64,000 nt of DNA from Terriglobia bacterium (GTDB lineage: Bacteria; Acidobacteriota; Terriglobia; Terriglobales; Acidobacteriaceae). The stretch spans positions 18,427 through 82,426 of the forward strand of contig JBGPPK010000018.1 in assembly GCA_041488515.1 (NCBI GenBank), given 5' to 3'. Shown in pieces: positions 55,397 to 64,000 of this stretch. Position 1 is the first letter of the stretch. Each line of letters starts with the position of its first letter. The notes under the pieces are model-generated. The model saw only the letters and a list, made by a program, of their open reading frames with translations, did not search any database and was not told where the DNA came from. The position numbers and the translations under genes were made by a program.

Positions 55397-57736
55397 TTGA
55401 GCCACGACAACATCACTGATATCTACACATATATGCGTTCCTACGCTCCACTACTCGGGGAACGCATACTTCAGGAATATCCAGCCCTGCAGCAATTCGA
55501 TGATCCGGTCTCGCCCCGCCTGGAGCGACTGCTGCGCAGGCCGAAGCCGGCGCAGAACGTTGCCATCATGGGCGTTGTCAAGCGATGGCAACGCGCCAGG
55601 ACAGCGATGTTCGTGGCTGAGTGCGGAACCGGCAAGACTCTGATGTCACTTGCTGCCGTTCATGTCCACAGCGCCGGAAGGCCGTATACCGCCTTGGCCA
55701 TGGTGCCGCCGCACCTGGTCGAAAAGTGGGCACGTGAAGCGTTCCTCACCATTCCCGGAATCCGGGTATTTCTCATCGACGATCTTCGCAATGGAGGCGA
55801 CGAAAAGACGCCGCACGGAATTAATGAGGTCCGTCTAAAGAGCGGGCGCATTGTCCGCGAGGGGCTGCAGACCACGCTGTGCGACATGCGGCTAAAAAAG
55901 CAGCACGCAAGCTCGCGCAAACGATGGGACTCGATCTGTTCCAGACCAGCATTGTTCATTGTCGGGCGCGAACGAGCCAAGCTCGGCTATTTCTGGCGGC
56001 ACGCCTACAGGGTCCCCCGTTCAGGGCCAAGCCTCGGCTGTGTGGTCAATTCCGATACAGGCAGCCCAGTAATTGTTGATGGAGGCCGTCTCACGGTTGC
56101 CGATTTTCGCAAGGCCAAGCTCGCCGAAGTCATCGAAGCTCGCGAGGAAAAGCCATGCAGGCAGGCTTACAGCCCAATGTGGCAGGCCGACCCGGAGAAG
56201 ATCCATCGCATGGCGCCCATTGAATTCATCGGGCGATACATGCCCGGCTGGTTCGATTACGCGATTTGCGATGAGATCCACCAGCTCGCCGGCGACACAG
56301 CCCAGGGCAACGCGCTGGGAACACTCGCCGCGTGCACGGACAAGATCGTAGGACTCACCGGCACGCTGCTCGGCGGCTACGCCGACGATCTGTTCAACAC
56401 GCTGTTTCGTCTGGAAGCCGCCAAGATGAAGCAACGCGGCTACGAGTTCGGCAGCGCGGGCCGCAGCGCTTTTGCCCAGGACTACGGGGTCCTTGAAACT
56501 ATCACGAAGATTGAGCCGGCTGAGAACGCCTGCTCGAAGGCCAAGGCCACCACCATGGTACGGCGCAAGCCGGGAGCTTCACCGCTCCTCTTCGGCGAAT
56601 TCCTGATGGACCTCTGTGCCTTCGTCTTTCTTGAAGACATCTCGGGTGAACTCCCGCCCTACGAGGAAACTTGTGTCAGCGTGCCTATGGAACCGCTGAT
56701 GCGAGCGGCCTACGGCGAACTGGAGGACGCGATTCGGACAGCATTGAAGGAGCACCGGGGCAATCGTTCCGTTCTGAGCATCATGCTCCACACGCTGCTC
56801 CTGTACCCGGACCATCCATACGGGCTGGGCTCTCTCTACGGGACAGAATTCGATCCCAAGCTTCAGCGCAAGATCAAGTTTCTGATTGCGCACACGCGCG
56901 ATCTTCCCCAGGACCGGCTTCACGCAAAGGAACGCCGGCTGGTGGAAGAGATCAAACGGGAGCTGGCCGAGGGACGCCGATGCCAAATCTTTGCCGTTTA
57001 CACCCTGAAGCACGATGTCACCGCGCGGCTGAGGGGGATTCTGGCGAACGAGGGTATCCGTACCGTCGTTCTAAAGGCCAATGTCGATACCTCAAAGCGC
57101 GAAGCCTGGTATGCCAAGCAGGTTAAGGACGGTGTGCAAGTCGTGATCGGCCATCCCAAGCTGGTCGAAACCGGGCTGGACCTGCTCGACTTTCCCACCA
57201 TCATCTTCTATGAGTCCGGATATTCGCTTCACACGCTTCGGCAGGCGAGCCGCAGATCATGGCGCATCGGGCAAGGACAGCCGGTACGGGTGAAATTCCT
57301 CTGCTACGAGGGCACGATGCAGGGATCTTGCCTGCGCTTAATGGGCAGAAAGCTGCTGGTCGCACTCACCATGGAAGGCAAGTTTGCTGGCGAGGGCCTG
57401 CAGAGCATGGATGAAGACGACGACATGCTCTCCGCGATGGCGCGGGAACTGGTCGAGAAGAACGGGATTGGAGACACTGCCGACGCTGTCTGGCGCTCGC
57501 TCAATGAAGAACATCAGAAGCTGTTTCCGGTGGTGCACAGCGCAACAGAAACCGAGGATGCTTCCGTGCTGATCCCTACCAGCGAAGACTCGCAAGCGAC
57601 AGAGCTGATCGAGTCCGCAATCAACAGCGGCCCGGTGCTGGTGTTCGGGCAAAGCTCGGATGCCCTGCGCTCCTCCCGGCGCCGGCCGCGCGCCACCTCG
57701 ATTCCAGAGCAACCCTCACTGTTCAACTGGAATTAA
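55397..57736 (+). CDS. SNF2/DEAD-like superfamily 2 helicase
   Basis: Motif I FVAECGTGKTLMSL, motif II ICDEIHQLAG, the C-terminal helicase domain ..GHPKLVETGLDL.. and ..QASRRSWRIGQ... TTG start in the track. Confidence 0.88.
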   Translation: MSHDNITDIYTYMRSYAPLLGERILQEYPALQQFDDPVSPRLERLLRRPKPAQNVAIMGVVKRWQRARTAMFVAECGTGKTLMSLAAVHVHSAGRPYTALAMVPPHLVEKWAREAFLTIPGIRVFLIDDLRNGGDEKTPHGINEVRLKSGRIVREGLQTTLCDMRLKKQHASSRKRWDSICSRPALFIVGRERAKLGYFWRHAYRVPRSGPSLGCVVNSDTGSPVIVDGGRLTVADFRKAKLAEVIEAREEKPCRQAYSPMWQADPEKIHRMAPIEFIGRYMPGWFDYAICDEIHQLAGDTAQGNALGTLAACTDKIVGLTGTLLGGYADDLFNTLFRLEAAKMKQRGYEFGSAGRSAFAQDYGVLETITKIEPAENACSKAKATTMVRRKPGASPLLFGEFLMDLCAFVFLEDISGELPPYEETCVSVPMEPLMRAAYGELEDAIRTALKEHRGNRSVLSIMLHTLLLYPDHPYGLGSLYGTEFDPKLQRKIKFLIAHTRDLPQDRLHAKERRLVEEIKRELAEGRRCQIFAVYTLKHDVTARLRGILANEGIRTVVLKANVDTSKREAWYAKQVKDGVQVVIGHPKLVETGLDLLDFPTIIFYESGYSLHTLRQASRRSWRIGQGQPVRVKFLCYEGTMQGSCLRLMGRKLLVALTMEGKFAGEGLQSMDEDDDMLSAMARELVEKNGIGDTADAVWRSLNEEHQKLFPVVHSATETEDASVLIPTSEDSQATELIESAINSGPVLVFGQSSDALRSSRRRPRATSIPEQPSLFNWN

Positions 57737-57785
57737 CAGGCGTCTGTTCGACAACACCTCTTTAAGAAAGGAGAACAACACCAAC

Positions 57786-58504
57786 ATGAGTGGAACCCTT
57801 GTTGCCAGCGGGCTGTTCAAAATTAGCCGGCCCGAGTTGGCGCAGATTGCAGTTCCTGAAGCAACCTCAACCCACAAACCCGTGCCTCATCACACCATCG
57901 TCGAGGCGCTGGTTGAAACCTTGGGCTTTCGCCACATCGGAGTTGTCCAGGAGGAATACGCTGTCTCTCCCGATGGCATGAAGATGTTTGGCGTGCTTGA
58001 CCTCGAAACACAAATGGAAGGATGCCGTTTCTCCATCGGCATTCGTAACTCCCACGACAAATCGATTCGTCTGGGACTGACCGCGGGGCTGCGGGTCTTC
58101 GTCTGCTCCAATATGGCATTCAGCGGCGATTTCACGCCCGTGCTGGCCAAGCATACCAAAAGCTTCAACTTGATTGACACGCTCTCGGTCGGCGTGGACC
58201 GGATTCAGCGGAACTCGAACCGTTGCAGCGCCAGGTGGAGACCTGGAGGCAGACCCAGATCACCGACGACACCGCGAGGCTGATCTTCTACTCGGCGTTC
58301 ATCGACGGCAGGCTGGAGGCGCCCAGAAGTTTGCTGCCTGAAGTCCACCGGCTGTATTTCGAGCCGCAGTACCCTGAATTCTCGGCCAGAACCATGTGGA
58401 GCCTCTCGAATGCCTTCACCAGCGCCTTCAAGAAGCTCGATCCATTGCCGCAGTTCAAGGCTACGGCGAAACTGGGAGGCTTTCTGGCTCAACTGACGGC
58501 ATAA
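57786..58504 (+). pseudogene. DUF932 domain gene interrupted by a frameshift near 58190-58220
   Basis: The N-terminal part (..GIRNSHDKSIRLGLTAGLRVFVCSNMAFSGDFTPVLAKHTK..SVGVDR) is in one frame. The C-terminal part (SAELEPLQRQVETWRQTQITDD...KLGGFLAQLTA) is in the +1 frame. Confidence 0.65.
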
Positions 58505-58514
58505 CCACGTTGGC

Positions 58515-58545
58515 TCCGTTCAGGGTGGGCATCATCCTGAACGGA
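58515..58545 (+). terminator. 10-bp stem-loop after the DUF932 gene (no T-tract)
   Basis: TCCGTTCAGG-gtgggcatcat-CCTGAACGGA. Confidence 0.35.
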
Positions 58546-58661
58546 TCCGCCTTGTTCCAGTACGAAGTGCGGTTGCGTGGATCATCCTCCACGCCTGGGA
58601 CATGGCACAAACCTTGTCGCCTCAAGTGGGTCGGGTTCAATCCTCCAACCCAACCGGAGAA

Positions 58662-61426
58662 CTATGGTGCTTGGTCGTGCGGCACAGTGCAGGTGCTCGT
58701 TATGTTGACCACATTGCCAGCCGCATCGGTCGCGGCAGTGGTTAGCGTGTAAACACGCCCACTGCCTGTGCCAAGTCTGTCGGCTCGCAGCTGGACTGTG
58801 CGTGGTTCCAGCCCAGTCCCAGTGATGATGATGTCTGGATCATTCGGGTTCTGCGGTTCGTTGCTTGTGCCAGTTACGCTGAACGATGCCAGCCCGGACA
58901 AAAGATCCGCAGCGGAGATTGTGGCCACAGTAATGAATTTCTTGTCGGGCGGCCACAGTGTGCAGTCGCTTGCCGGCAGCCCGGAGAGCGCCGGTGGAGT
59001 CTTGTCGATATTGATTCCGGCCGCTGCGGCTGACGCTGCATTGCCCGCCAGGTCAAAACACGTTCCGCTCACCTGCTGATTGGTTCCTTCAGTCGAAAGA
59101 ACAGTAGGAGCCGGCGGACTGGCTGGCGCGAGTCCGGAAAGGCCATCCACGCAGGCAAAGCTGGCTGTGACGTTCGTGTTGTTCCACCCTTTCGCGTTCG
59201 CGGCGGGCTGCCCGGAGCCAGCCCGGAAAGAGCATCGGAACAGGCAAAGCTAACCGTCACATCCGTGTTGCTCCATCCGTTTGCGTTGGCAGCTGGCGAC
59301 CTGGAGCCGGTGATTGAAGGCGGCGTTTTGTCCAATTTGACCACGAGCGGATGCGCTGTTTCGACGTTGCCCGCTAGGTCGGTCGCAAAGAAGCTGAAGT
59401 TGGTAATGCCTTCCGTGCCTATGAGCGCGGAAGCTGAGGTACCAGGAACATTCGTTGCCGCGGTGGGCTGTGCTCCCGTGGCGCTGAATGTGATCTGCTG
59501 TACGCCGGAGCCGCCGGGGTTGTCGGTCGAGCTGAGACTTATCGAAACATCGCTGTTGTTCCATCCGTTGGCGTTTGCAAGCGGCGCGAGCACCGCAACT
59601 GTAGTTGGCGAAATGGCATCAGTCACGACTGTCGTTGTAGTTTCCGCCGTGGTTTTCAAATCTTCAACATTGCCGACGAAATCCCGGGCCGTGCTGAAAA
59701 ATCCGTATGTGTGTCCCGGCTGGCCCGCAAAGGCCGCCGAAATTGCGGTTGATTGAGTCACGAACGGAGTGAATGGTCCGCCATTGTCGGACACGTAGAC
59801 CGTAAAGTCCTGGACTCCCGCGCCTACATCGATGCCTGCCCAATGCAGCGGGATGTTGGTGGGCGATTGCGGGGGCAGAGCGAACATATGGCTCAGCGGA
59901 GCGTCCTTGTCTATGGTATTGAGCCAAGTCGGCGTGCTTATGGACGGGTTCGTATCGAAAACCACGCTCGCGTTGTTTTGAACCTCTGTATCAGTCGGAA
60001 CCGTTGTCTTCGCCATCACGGTGAAAAATGTGCTTCCTCCGATGCCGGGCCGTAGAAAGCCCGCCAGGGAATCAGCCGGCGGTTGGTTCGTTGCAGGATC
60101 AAGAGACTGGAAAGTCCAGGTGAGTAGGCCTGTTGACGTGTCGAGATGCGCGTTTAGAGCAACCAGAATATTGTTGCCGGGACGCAGATCGGCGATCGTG
60201 GAGTAATCGCTCAGTCCGGATGGCGGGATTACCAACTGGTTTGTCAACGCAATCGGGCCGAGGCTGAAAGTGCTGAGATCATCAGTTGAAAGATTCAGCT
60301 GATCGCTAACAACCACCTTCTGCGCTGGGGCGCTTGCGGTAGGCTCGTTACCAAAGAATAAGGCATACCGCAGCGGTGTCTGGCCTGCGATGTATTGCGC
60401 AGTTCCCACACCCTGTGAGCCGGCTTTGTCGTTAGGATCCTGAGGGCCAACGACAGTGCCGGTGAAGGTGGACAATGTACTGCTTGCTGCACCATTGCTG
60501 CCCACAGTGCCTCCAGTAGTGCCAGTGCCCCCATTCCCCCCGCTCGTACGCGTCCCGCCACTGCTTCCCGAACCACAGTTGGTTGAGCAGACGACGGTTA
60601 CATTCGTGGAACCAATAGGTGAGTTGGTAACGCCTGTGACGGTAGCTACAACAGCACTCGAACCAGCAGCTACTCCTGAGACCAAGCCCCTTGAGTCCAC
60701 AGTCGCGATAGTCGGATCGACGGACAGCCAATCAAAACGCACTATCGGAAGAGGATTGTTGCCCCTGTCGAATGCCGTCGCGACAAGCTGTGTGGTAGTG
60801 CCAACTTGTATTGAGACAGGATTATTTGGAGCCGGGTGCACCGCAACGTGATCGATGCAACCCTGCAGCGCGTTGGGAGGATAAATCGCACCAATACCTC
60901 TCTCATCCAGCGCGCTTAGGTGCGTGCCCCGACCCATCAGATTCAGAAATTGGCTGAATTGCGGCTGAGGTTGTATCGTCAACAAGGGTTGTCGCGTATT
61001 AGGATCAATCTGTCCCCCTGCATTATTGGCGTAGTGCATGACTGACAAAAAATCATAGTCAGTCTCATGGATTTCAGGTCCGGGCCAAAGGGAGAAATTA
61101 CCGACCGCAACAGCCAAATCGATATTTTGAAAATTGATGATTACAAATCTGTCTCGATCATCTCTTTGATGCTCATGTTCGGCCAGCAAACGCTCGAACC
61201 ACAGCGTGTTGCCGCAGGCTTCCATTCCCACGCGCACAGGGCCTGCCAAGCTGCGATAAAACGATGGTGCTTCCGCCAGCGTTATCCTTCGTTCCGTCTG
61301 CTCCCCTGTTTCTGTCTCGACCATGGCGATTTGTTGGAAACTCGGATGGAAATCACAGCCTATAATCTTCATTGCGGCTCCTTTCGCTCCGAGTCTTGGT
61401 CTTCGCAAATCAAGTTTACTCGGCAC
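58662..61426 (-). pseudogene. Chimeric/decayed surface protein: IS110 transposase stub fused to an astacin fragment, Big_2 and Ig-like repeats, with an internal frameshift
   Basis: The N-terminus matches an IS110 DEDD transposase (see next feature). It is joined in frame to an astacin lacking HExxH (..HEHQRDDRDRFV...DYDFLSVMHY..). A Big_2-like domain follows, then repeated ..ANANGW.NTDVT.SFAC.D.LSGLAP.. units. The frame breaks at about 59205-59225 and continues in ORF 58662-59150. Confidence 0.65.
61178..61426 (-). mobile_element. IS110-family transposase 5' fragment (about 65 codons only)
   Basis: MKIIGCDFHPSFQQIAMVETETGE......VRVGMEACGNTLWFERLLAE matches the N-terminal DEDD domain. The rest of the transposase is absent. 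Confidence 0.6.
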
Positions 61427-61727
61427 TGTTCGGAGCCGTCGTTGTTATCCAATCAAACCAGATTTCGAACTATATTGCGATTTATGAAAATCTTCGACTT
61501 GTAAGTGATTGCTGTTGAAACTGTTGCGGACTGCTTGTGGAAAATTATTGAGAGCTATTGAGCGTGGCGGCTTCCACCACCACAATTTTGCCTACACTCG
61601 CTTGGGGCAAACCCCCTTCGTTGAAACAAAATTTGCGGCGGTCCCCTCGGGTTCCGGCGCGAGCCTGGGGTGCAATGCCCCCGAGTCTACTCACCTGGGA
61701 TGACAGCTTAGAAACAAGGTTGCGAGA

Positions 61728-64000
61728 CTACTCGTGACGGAGTGCGAGCAGGGGATCCATGTTAATGGCGCGACGCGCGGGAATATAGGTTGCCAGAGTT
61801 CCGATTGTCGCCATAAAAATCACCGCACTCGTAAATGTAAGCGGGTCAGTTGCGGTTACACCAAAGAGCAAGCTGGCAACAAATCGGGTGACAAAAAATG
61901 TCCCGAGCAGCCCCAGAGCCAACCCGGCCAGCGTAACTATCACTCCTTGCTTCAGGATGAGCTTGAGTACATCACTGCGCTGAGCGCCAAATGCCATACG
62001 AATACCAATCTCTCGCGTCCGCTGGGCCACGGAATGGCTAACCACGCCATAGATGCCGACCATGGCAAGCAGCAAAGCCAGGCCGGCAAACATCCCCACT
62101 ACAGATAAATTGAAGCGTCGACCAAGAACAGACTTTGCAATTAGGTCGTTAACGGTCAGCATTTCACCCGGAACCCCCTGGGGAGAGAGACTTCTGATTC
62201 GATCCATAATGGATCTCTCCACAGCAAGAGAGTCCGCAGTCGTTCGGACGATCAGTGCCGGCAGCATGCCGTGGTCTTGAGCACTAGGACGATAAAGCTC
62301 CGGCTCCAAGGCCGTTTCCAGCTGGGAATCCCGGGCATCCCCGACAACACCAATGATTATGCAGATGCATTGTCCTTCATTCAGATTGATTTGCTTCCCC
62401 ACAGGGCTTTCTTGAGGCCAGAAGCGCTGCGCCATAGTGCGGTTAATAATCACGACTCCCGGAGAACTCTCGGTGTCCTGTTCGGTGAAGTCCGATCCAG
62501 CCAGAATCGGGATTTTCATGGTTCTAAAATAGCCCTGACTTACATCTTGCATGGCGACGGTTCGGCCTGCACGCATGTCCTCCTGGTAAGCCTGCATCAA
62601 TTTATCGGTCGGGGGAGAAATCAAATTCATATTGAAAACACTTCCGGGGAGGGACTCACTTAATGGAACGCTGCTGCCCAATGCAGCTGATTCGACGCCA
62701 GGAAGGCTACGAACCTCCGTGAGCACTTGTTGGTAGAACAAATCTCTCCTCTTGTCGTCAAGCCTGGAAATCCTGCGCAAATCCAGTTTCGCCGTAAGCA
62801 GGCGCTCGCGGTCAAACCCGAGTTCGACGTTCAGCAGAATAGAGAGGCTTCTTGTCAGCAGGCCCGCTCCCACCAGCAGAACCAGTGCCAGGGCCACCTG
62901 CACCACCGAAAACAGGTTCTGCCATTTGCCAATACGAAATGGGCCCACATCCATCGGATCACTGGTTGCGCTTTGCTTGAGTGAAGTAACCAGAGCAGTC
63001 CGTGAGGTAACCAGTGCGGGGATCAATCCGAACAGCGCGCCTGTAAACAGGGAAACAAAGAAAGTAAAAGCAAGGACCCACCCGTCCAGGCTGATCTGTT
63101 CGAAGTGCGGTATTTTTGCGGGCGCCGTGGCACGCACCGCATGAATTCCCGCCACAGCGACGATCAGAGCCATACCCCCTCCGGCAAAGGACAGCACCAG
63201 GCTCTTTGTCAGCGATTCCACAATGATTCGCCCGCGGCCTGCTCCAAGGGCTGCCCGCACGGCGGCCTCACGGTGCCGGGGCGCTTCCCGGGCGAGCAGA
63301 AGGCTGGCCATGTTCGCACAGGTAATCATCAGAACCAGGCCAACCGCACTGAACAAGGCTAGAAGAGAGGTCTTGTAGGGCCCTACCACATGCTGCTGCA
63401 GCGAGAGCACCTGAAAACCCATATCCTTAGCTTCGGGATAAGCGTATCCCAGGCGTTGCGCAATTGTGTCTAGCGCTGCTTGGGCTGTTTGGAGATTGGT
63501 ACCACGGCGGAGACGGCCCAAGGCGAAGCAATTCATCGTGTGACGCGATTTTTCTGAGACAAGCTGGCTGGATAAAGGTATCCAGACGTCCCCGAGCCCA
63601 TTCGGCAAGATCAGGCTGGCGGGTAATACGCCGATGATTACATACGGGCGATCGCTCAGGCTAACAGTTTTTCCAATCACAGCGGGGTCTGACCCAAAAT
63701 GCTTTTGCCAAAAGGAATAGCTTAAGAGCATCCACGGATCTTTGCCGGGTTGGATTTCGTCTGCTACGTAAACTTGACCGAGAGCGGGAACCACACGCAA
63801 TGCACGGAACAGCCCGGGAGATCCGCGCACGCTATCTACCATCGTTGCTGTACCCGCGCTGCTCAACGCCCTTCCTCCCTCTGTGTAATAGACTCCCAGG
63901 GACTCAAATGCATTGCTTTGGGACTGAACACCCGCAAAGTCGGCTTGTGACATCGCCGCGCACGAGTTGCCGGCGCCTTTCAAAGTCCTGCACACTCTGA
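61728..64000 (-). CDS. ADOP/MacB-like duplicated FtsX permease (N-terminus probably beyond window)
   Basis: Two FtsX-type 4-TM modules, each preceded by a MacB-like periplasmic domain. C-terminal ..MDPLLALRHE. An architecture typical of Acidobacteria. Confidence 0.85.
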   Translation of the reverse strand, partial: RVCRTLKGAGNSCAAMSQADFAGVQSQSNAFESLGVYYTEGGRALSSAGTATMVDSVRGSPGLFRALRVVPALGQVYVADEIQPGKDPWMLLSYSFWQKHFGSDPAVIGKTVSLSDRPYVIIGVLPASLILPNGLGDVWIPLSSQLVSEKSRHTMNCFALGRLRRGTNLQTAQAALDTIAQRLGYAYPEAKDMGFQVLSLQQHVVGPYKTSLLALFSAVGLVLMITCANMASLLLAREAPRHREAAVRAALGAGRGRIIVESLTKSLVLSFAGGGMALIVAVAGIHAVRATAPAKIPHFEQISLDGWVLAFTFFVSLFTGALFGLIPALVTSRTALVTSLKQSATSDPMDVGPFRIGKWQNLFSVVQVALALVLLVGAGLLTRSLSILLNVELGFDRERLLTAKLDLRRISRLDDKRRDLFYQQVLTEVRSLPGVESAALGSSVPLSESLPGSVFNMNLISPPTDKLMQAYQEDMRAGRTVAMQDVSQGYFRTMKIPILAGSDFTEQDTESSPGVVIINRTMAQRFWPQESPVGKQINLNEGQCICIIIGVVGDARDSQLETALEPELYRPSAQDHGMLPALIVRTTADSLAVERSIMDRIRSLSPQGVPGEMLTVNDLIAKSVLGRRFNLSVVGMFAGLALLLAMVGIYGVVSHSVAQRTREIGIRMAFGAQRSDVLKLILKQGVIVTLAGLALGLLGTFFVTRFVASLLFGVTATDPLTFTSAVIFMATIGTLATYIPARRAINMDPLLALRHE

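Noticed and set aside
58396-58752. 118-aa plus-strand ORF across the ICE end and a possible tRNA fragment at 58627-58650
   Set aside because: The ORF spans a hairpin and intergenic DNA and has no coding character. The T-arm-like string cannot form a T stem and matches the tRNA-Glu 3' end only over about 12 nt, so it is not called as a tRNA or as attR.
61427-61727. Weak resemblance of GCGGTCCCCTCGGGTTCCGGCG (about 61640-61662) to the 5' end of tRNA-Glu
   Set aside because: The match is interrupted and short, and no cloverleaf can be drawn. It is probably chance similarity in GC-rich DNA.

Overview
GC-rich bacterial chromosomal window, probably Acidobacteriota. That guess is an inference from the ADOP/MacB-type duplicated permease at the right edge and the general gene content. 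Bases 1-16.4 kb hold ordinary chromosomal genes: a zinc-ribbon/Sel1 protein, queG, PilZ, a YncE-like propeller, YciI, nitrilase, a PLP dehydratase, a beta-helix protein, an S9 peptidase and an NAD-binding protein, plus a decayed RES toxin. tRNA-Glu(UUC) lies at 16718-16795. A tyrosine integrase gene stops 8 bp later and an excisionase-type gene follows. These open a ~42-kb integrative conjugative element (ICE) that runs to about 58.6 kb. Its genes are almost all on the + strand and many are translationally coupled. In order it contains: a MoxR-type ATPase with VirB1-, VirB9- and VirB10-like genes; a TetR/SDR/DUF1330 cargo cassette bracketed by a ~43-bp hairpin repeat; three adjacent genes carrying 1+3+2 pilin-like hairpin modules; VirB3, VirB4, two TrbJ-like genes, VirB6 and VirB8; an 815-aa protein with the ordered motif set of eukaryotic-type RdRP / YonO-like two-barrel polymerases (top finding); a second VirB9-like gene, a coupling protein and a replication-relaxation protein instead of a classical relaxase; a prim-pol/SSB/Rad52 module; a DUF433/PIN-like TA pair; an XRE regulator, a HipA-like kinase and an amino-methyltransferase; an ars cargo (arsC, arsR, acr3, DUF2180, arsC); and an SNF2 helicase with a frameshifted DUF932 gene. 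Bases 58.7-61.4 kb are a wrecked astacin/Ig-repeat surface-protein gene fused to an IS110 transposase stub. An ADOP-type permease follows and is cut by the window end. No CRISPR array or rRNA was seen. All domain calls come from motif recognition by eye; no database search was run.
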